64,000 nt of DNA, from NCBI GenBank assembly GCA_046052125.1, contig JBJOMY010000001.1, forward strand, positions 352,001 to 416,000. The letters run 5' to 3'. A model generated the notes under the pieces. The model was not told the DNA's origin, searched no databases, and worked only from the letters and a program-made list of their open reading frames with translations. Below, piece by piece: positions 59,379 to 64,000 of this stretch. Both the position numbers and the translations under genes were made by a program. Positions within the stretch are counted from its first letter, which is position 1. Each line of letters opens with the position of its first letter. This stretch comes from Cyanobacteriota bacterium (GTDB taxonomy: Bacteria; Cyanobacteriota; Cyanobacteriia; PCC-6307; Cyanobiaceae).

Positions 59379-61694
59379 ATGAAATTCACGGTCGCCGATC
59401 TGATCGACCAGCTCCCGGCCCAGGAGCAGCTCAGCCTCAGCCAGCTTGAACAAGCGCTGGGCCTCACCAGCAAGCCGGAGCAAGAGCAGCTGCGGATCGC
59501 CCTCACTGCCCTGGTGCGGGTGGGTGTGCTCGAGGAAAACGAGCAGGGCATCAGCCGTGTAGACGACGAAGGGCTGATCGAAGCGAGGCTGCGCTGCAGC
59601 AGCAAGGGGTTTTGTTTTGCCCTGCGCGAAGACGGCGGCGAAGACATCTATATCCGCGACAACCAGCTCAACCACGCCTGGAATGGCGATCGGGTGCTGG
59701 TGCGCATCACTCGCGAAGGAGGCCGCCGGCGCTCTCCTGAGGGTGGCGTGCAATGCATCCTCGAGCGCAACACCACCAGCCTGCTGGCCCAGCTGGAGCA
59801 ACAGAACGAACGGCTCTTGGCCGTTCCTCTCGACGACCGTCTGCTCACCAGCATCGAGCTGCCTTCCAGCGATAGCCAATACCTGAAGCCGGCCGACGAA
59901 GCCGTGGTGGAGGTGAAGGTGGATCGCTACCCGGTGGGGCAACTGCCCTCCCAGGGCCACGTGGCACGCAGCCTGGCGATCAACGCTGGCCCCGAAGCCG
60001 ATCTCGATCTGCTGATCACCAAGCACGGGCTGCGCGATCGCAGCGCTGCACCGAAAGCATCGCTCAAGAGCCTGGAGCCCAAAGAGCGTGAAGACCTCAC
60101 GGCCCTGCCAACGCTGCAGTTGCAGTGCTGGGGCAGCAGCGAAGCGCCGATCCTCCCGGCCGTGTCGCTCGAGAGCAGCGAGGCTGGCCACCGGCTCTGG
60201 GTGCACGCCCCAGCCGTGGCCGAGCGCTTCGGCTTCGCCAGCGCCCTCGACCTGCACCTGCGTGATCAGGCCGAAGCGCTGTGCTTAGGCACCAGCTGGC
60301 TGCCCCTGCTGCCCGCGGCGCTCACCAAAGCTGCCGCCTTCAAGCCCGGCAGCGCCGAAGCCGCCCTCTCGGTTGTTCTGGAGCTGAGTGCAACCGGTGA
60401 GCTGGAGCACTACCGCTTCTGCCGCAGCACCATCAAGCTGGATGGCGTGGCCGACGCCAAGGCCCTGCAAGCGCTGGCTGAACGCAAACCCAAGGCCCGC
60501 ACCACCCCCGCGGCGCTCAAAGGCCTCAAAGATCAGCTGCCGCTGCTGGAGCAACTGATCCAGCTGGCCCAGCTCCTCCGGGCGCAGCGCCTGGCCTCCG
60601 GATCGATTGATCTGGATCTGGCCATGCCCGCCATCGATGGGCTCGGCGATCTGGCGATTCCCGAACCGGATGAAAGCCGGCAGGGCTGGATGGTGCAACT
60701 GGATCCAGCCACCGAACCCGCAGGTCTGCTGCGGGAACTGGTGCTGCCCGCCCATCGCGCCCTCGGTCGCCACCTGGCGGCACTGGAGTTGCCGGCGATC
60801 TTTGCCGTGAACCCGGCGCCCGATGCCGAAGCGCTCAACGATGTGGCCAAGGCGGCGCTGGCCTTGGAGATCCCTCTGGAACTCTCTGCCGATGGCAACG
60901 CCACAGCCCAGGAACTGGCCCAGGCCTTTGCCAGCAGCGATCGTTGCCGGGTGCTCCAGCAGCAGCTGCGCGAACCGCTCAAACCCGTGACGCTGAGCGT
61001 TGAAGCAGGCCCCAACGCCCTGGCGGGGGAGAGCGTGGCCCTGGCTCCCTGGTGCTGCCCGGCGCTCCACTACGCCGATCTCTGGAACCAGCACGTGCTT
61101 TCGCTGCTGCTGGCCGAGGGCAAGGACCGGCCATCGGTGCGTCACAAAACCCGCGTGGACATTGCGGGTGACAGCAGCCATGGGCTGATCGATTGGCCGC
61201 TGCTACCCCCCAGCCAGATCCAACCTCTGGAGGAGGGCCGCAGCATCGCCCTGCTGCATCGCCTCAACGGCCGCTGCCGCTTCGCCGCCGAACTCCAGAC
61301 CGATGCCCTGGCCCTGGCCCAGGCCCGGCAGGCCGAGCCGCTGGTGGGCCAAACCCTCACCGGTGTGATCAGCGGCGTGCAGAGCTACGGCTTCTTCGTG
61401 GAGGTGCCCCCCTCCCAGGTGGAGGGACTGGTGCATGTGAGCTCCCTGAAAGACGACTGGTACGAATACCGCTCCCGCCAGAACCGTCTGGTGGGCCGCA
61501 AGAACCGCCGCAACTACATGCTTGGCGATGCGGTCGAGGTGACCATCCAGAAGGTGGATGTGCTCCGCCACCAGATCGATCTGGCCGTTGTGCTGCCTGA
61601 GGGCTACGAGGAGTACCGGCCTGATGGCTCTGAGCCCCGTGGCGATCAGACCGACAGCAGCGAGGAGAGTCCAGCCGGCGATCAGGAGGAGTGA
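59379..61694 (+). CDS. RNase II/R family (RNB + S1) protein with degenerate active site
   Basis: Cold-shock domain KGFCF..DIYI..AWNGDRVLV; S1 domain G.ISGVQSYGFFVE..EGLVHVSSL.DDWY. Confidence 0.9.
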   Translation: MKFTVADLIDQLPAQEQLSLSQLEQALGLTSKPEQEQLRIALTALVRVGVLEENEQGISRVDDEGLIEARLRCSSKGFCFALREDGGEDIYIRDNQLNHAWNGDRVLVRITREGGRRRSPEGGVQCILERNTTSLLAQLEQQNERLLAVPLDDRLLTSIELPSSDSQYLKPADEAVVEVKVDRYPVGQLPSQGHVARSLAINAGPEADLDLLITKHGLRDRSAAPKASLKSLEPKEREDLTALPTLQLQCWGSSEAPILPAVSLESSEAGHRLWVHAPAVAERFGFASALDLHLRDQAEALCLGTSWLPLLPAALTKAAAFKPGSAEAALSVVLELSATGELEHYRFCRSTIKLDGVADAKALQALAERKPKARTTPAALKGLKDQLPLLEQLIQLAQLLRAQRLASGSIDLDLAMPAIDGLGDLAIPEPDESRQGWMVQLDPATEPAGLLRELVLPAHRALGRHLAALELPAIFAVNPAPDAEALNDVAKAALALEIPLELSADGNATAQELAQAFASSDRCRVLQQQLREPLKPVTLSVEAGPNALAGESVALAPWCCPALHYADLWNQHVLSLLLAEGKDRPSVRHKTRVDIAGDSSHGLIDWPLLPPSQIQPLEEGRSIALLHRLNGRCRFAAELQTDALALAQARQAEPLVGQTLTGVISGVQSYGFFVEVPPSQVEGLVHVSSLKDDWYEYRSRQNRLVGRKNRRNYMLGDAVEVTIQKVDVLRHQIDLAVVLPEGYEEYRPDGSEPRGDQTDSSEESPAGDQEE

Positions 61695-61698
61695 GACC

Positions 61699-62328
61699 TT
61701 GAGCGACGCCGAGGTCCGTGCACCGATCGTCTTGGCGGTGTCGGGCGCCAGTGCCCAGCCGTTGGCCGAACGCGCTTTGCAGCTGTTGATGCAGGCCGGC
61801 GAACAGGTGGAACTGGTGGTGAGCCGCGGGGCGATCGGCGTATGGCAGGCCGAACTGGGGGTGCGGGTGCCCAGTGAACCCGAAGCACAGGAGCAGTTCT
61901 GGCGCGAACGCACCGCGTGCGGCAGCGGCAGCCTGCGCTGCCACCGCTGGAACGATCAAGCCGCCGCCATCGCCAGCGGCAGCCATCGCACCCGGGGGAT
62001 GGTGATTCTTCCCTGCTCGATGGGGGCCGTTGGGCGCATCGCCGCTGGCGTGGCGACGGATTTGCTGGAGCGCTGTGCCGACGTGCACCTCAAGGAGGGC
62101 CGGCCCCTGGTGATCTGCCCGCGGGAAACGCCCTGGAACCTCGTGCATCTGCGCAATCTCACCGCTCTGGCGGAAAGCGGCGCGCGCATCGCCCCACCCG
62201 TGCCGGCCTGGTATCACCAGCCGCAACGTATTGAAGACATGGTGGACTTTCTGGTGATCCGGGTGTTCGATTGCCTGGGCTATGACCTGGGCAACCTGCA
62301 GCGCTGGAGCGGCCCGATCCAGCCGTAA
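61699..62328 (+). CDS. ubiX: Flavin prenyltransferase
   Basis: VSGASA, IASGS, PCSM, R.ADV.LKE.R.L, PRETP. Confidence 0.95.
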   Translation: MSDAEVRAPIVLAVSGASAQPLAERALQLLMQAGEQVELVVSRGAIGVWQAELGVRVPSEPEAQEQFWRERTACGSGSLRCHRWNDQAAAIASGSHRTRGMVILPCSMGAVGRIAAGVATDLLERCADVHLKEGRPLVICPRETPWNLVHLRNLTALAESGARIAPPVPAWYHQPQRIEDMVDFLVIRVFDCLGYDLGNLQRWSGPIQP

Positions 62329-62348
62329 GCCCCACGCCCCATTCGTTT

Positions 62349-62879
62349 GTGCTGCAACGCATCCTGCTGGTTCCGCTGCTCTCGCCGCTGCTGGCGGTGT
62401 TTCTGGTGGCCGCCATCAACCCAAGGCCGTGGGTGAGCGTCCGGCTACTGATCTGGAGCTCCCCCAGCTGGCCGCTCGGCGGATGGATCGCCACCGCAGC
62501 CGGCCTCGGTGCGGCGGTGAGTGGAGCCGGTGCAGCGCTAGCCCTGCAAGCTCAAGGGGTAGCCACGCCGCCACGCCGGCAAGTGAGGCGCCGCAGCGAG
62601 GCCGGCACTGAGCCCGAACGAGCTGCAGAACGGGATGAGGATCGCTGGCAGGCTGCCCCGAAAGCGCCCTGGGCTGGTGTTAGTGCGCCCTGGGCTGGGC
62701 CCAGCCGCGCGGCCAACGAACCAGCTCCAACCGTGTCGGTGCCGTTTCGGGTGATCCGCAAGGGAAAGCCAGCTGCCGCTCGCCAGGCAGACATCACAAG
62801 CCAACCCCAGGCCCAAGCCACCGCCAGCACAGCCCCTGCCGCAGATGACTGGAACGCGGCGGCCAGTGACGACTGGTGA
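62349..62879 (+). CDS. Membrane hypothetical protein
   Basis: Two N-terminal hydrophobic helices, PAPTVSVPFRVI and an acidic DDW tail. Confidence 0.8.
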   Translation: MLQRILLVPLLSPLLAVFLVAAINPRPWVSVRLLIWSSPSWPLGGWIATAAGLGAAVSGAGAALALQAQGVATPPRRQVRRRSEAGTEPERAAERDEDRWQAAPKAPWAGVSAPWAGPSRAANEPAPTVSVPFRVIRKGKPAAARQADITSQPQAQATASTAPAADDWNAAASDDW

Positions 62880-62919
62880 TCCCTAAAGTTCACCCGCGTA
62901 TTAACCGAGGCCTGCGACG

Positions 62920-63327
62920 GTGACCGATTCCGCCCAGCCCGCCCAGGCCACTCCGGCCAAACCGCCGGCACCGGAAGAGAAGCCCTTTGCCGACTTCGTT
63001 CCCAACCTGCTGATCCCAGCGATCGCCAAGGAGATCGAGGCCTACGGCGGCCCCGCTTGCACGATCAGCTTCGAGCAGGGCCCAATGCCAGTGGTGGGCA
63101 GCAGCTGCTGGATGGTGATCGGCAACCTTCCCGGTGGTCGGCGCTTCTGGCTTTGCTTCACCAGCGACTCGATCAGCTCCGCCAAGACCATCGCGGTTGC
63201 CGAAGCCGGAGCTGAACCCAGCCTGCTGGAGTCGTTTTTGATCGATGAAAAGAAGATGACCCTGGCCTTGCTGGTCTCGCGACTGGTGCAACGGCTCAAT
63301 GGTCAGAAGTGGCTGGGTGCCAACTGA
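62920..63327 (+). CDS. DUF2996 domain protein
   Basis: EEKPF..F..ESFLIDEKK.TL.LLVSR.VQRLNGQKWL. Confidence 0.9.
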   Translation: MTDSAQPAQATPAKPPAPEEKPFADFVPNLLIPAIAKEIEAYGGPACTISFEQGPMPVVGSSCWMVIGNLPGGRRFWLCFTSDSISSAKTIAVAEAGAEPSLLESFLIDEKKMTLALLVSRLVQRLNGQKWLGAN

Positions 63328-63422
63328 CGGGTTCAGCGCTGATCGGTAGCGGCTGGTGAAGCGGGGCCTCGCCAACCCCGCGTGCCCCCTACGATGGAAA
63401 GCCAGTCCAGAGAAGCAGCCTG

Positions 63423-64000
63423 ATGGTGCCTCCCGCCGTTGCCACACCAGACGCCGCAACAGCCATCGGCACTCCTGACGCGCCAGCGATCAAGGACCCG
63501 GTGAAGGACACGATCCTCACGCCGCGGTTCTACACAACCGATTTCGAGGCGATGGCCGCCATGGACCTCAGCCCCAACGAGGCTGAGCTTGAGGCCATCT
63601 GCGAAGAGTTCCGCAAGGACTACAACCGCCACCACTTCGTTCGCAACGAGGAATTCGAGGGCGCGGCCGACAAGCTCGATCCCGACACCCGCCGGGTGTT
63701 CGTGGAATTCCTGGAGCAGAGCTGCACCTCGGAGTTTTCCGGCTTCCTTCTCTACAAGGAGCTGAGCCGCCGCATCAAAGAGAAGAACCCGCTGCTGGCG
63801 GAGTGCTTTGCGCACATGGCCCGCGATGAAGCCCGCCATGCTGGTTTCCTGAACAAGTCGATGAGTGATTTCGGGCTGCAGCTCGACCTCGGCTTCCTCA
63901 CGGCAAACAAGGCTTACACCTACTTCAAGCCTGAATACATCTTCTACGCCACCTACCTGAGCGAGAAGATCGGCTATTGGCGCTACATCGCGATCTTCCG
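63423..64000 (+). CDS. acsF: Mg-protoporphyrin IX monomethyl ester oxidative cyclase (3' partial)
   Basis: [44 protein letters not shown]. Confidence 0.97.
   Translation, partial: MVPPAVATPDAATAIGTPDAPAIKDPVKDTILTPRFYTTDFEAMAAMDLSPNEAELEAICEEFRKDYNRHHFVRNEEFEGAADKLDPDTRRVFVEFLEQSCTSEFSGFLLYKELSRRIKEKNPLLAECFAHMARDEARHAGFLNKSMSDFGLQLDLGFLTANKAYTYFKPEYIFYATYLSEKIGYWRYIAIF

Overview
GC-rich chromosomal window from a picocyanobacterium of the Synechococcus/Cyanobium type. This is inferred from psb30, acsF, cyAbrB and a proteobacterial-type phosphoribulokinase with class II aldolase. About 1.5-21.6 kb is an accessory-looking tract of small ORFs and redox/stress genes (signal-peptide Mn-SOD, KatG, GST, GGCT, nitrilase, GH57, Rbp, AbrB). 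It includes several apparently decayed genes and lies between the Lhr helicase and PdeM genes, which are usually neighbours. About 22-64 kb is mostly core genome (hisA, fur-family, fumC, ruvX, proB, lpxD, leuB, prk, pilD, accD, fba, thrC-like, ftsH, rpmF, recJ, psb30, ubiX, acsF). No rRNA, tRNA, CRISPR array, IS element or prophage was recognised. The best candidate for an undescribed system is a ThrC-like PLP enzyme + ubiquitin-like sulfur carrier + bicupin operon, preceded by a 27-bp Rrf2/IscR-like palindrome and an SD-occluding hairpin. Other leads are a truncated iota-type carbonic anhydrase, an NblA-like micro-protein, a Trp-rich domain fused in frame to HisA, a sigma54-activator-like/polyferredoxin membrane protein, and a catalytically degenerate RNase R homolog. 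All family calls come from motif recognition by eye, with no database searches.
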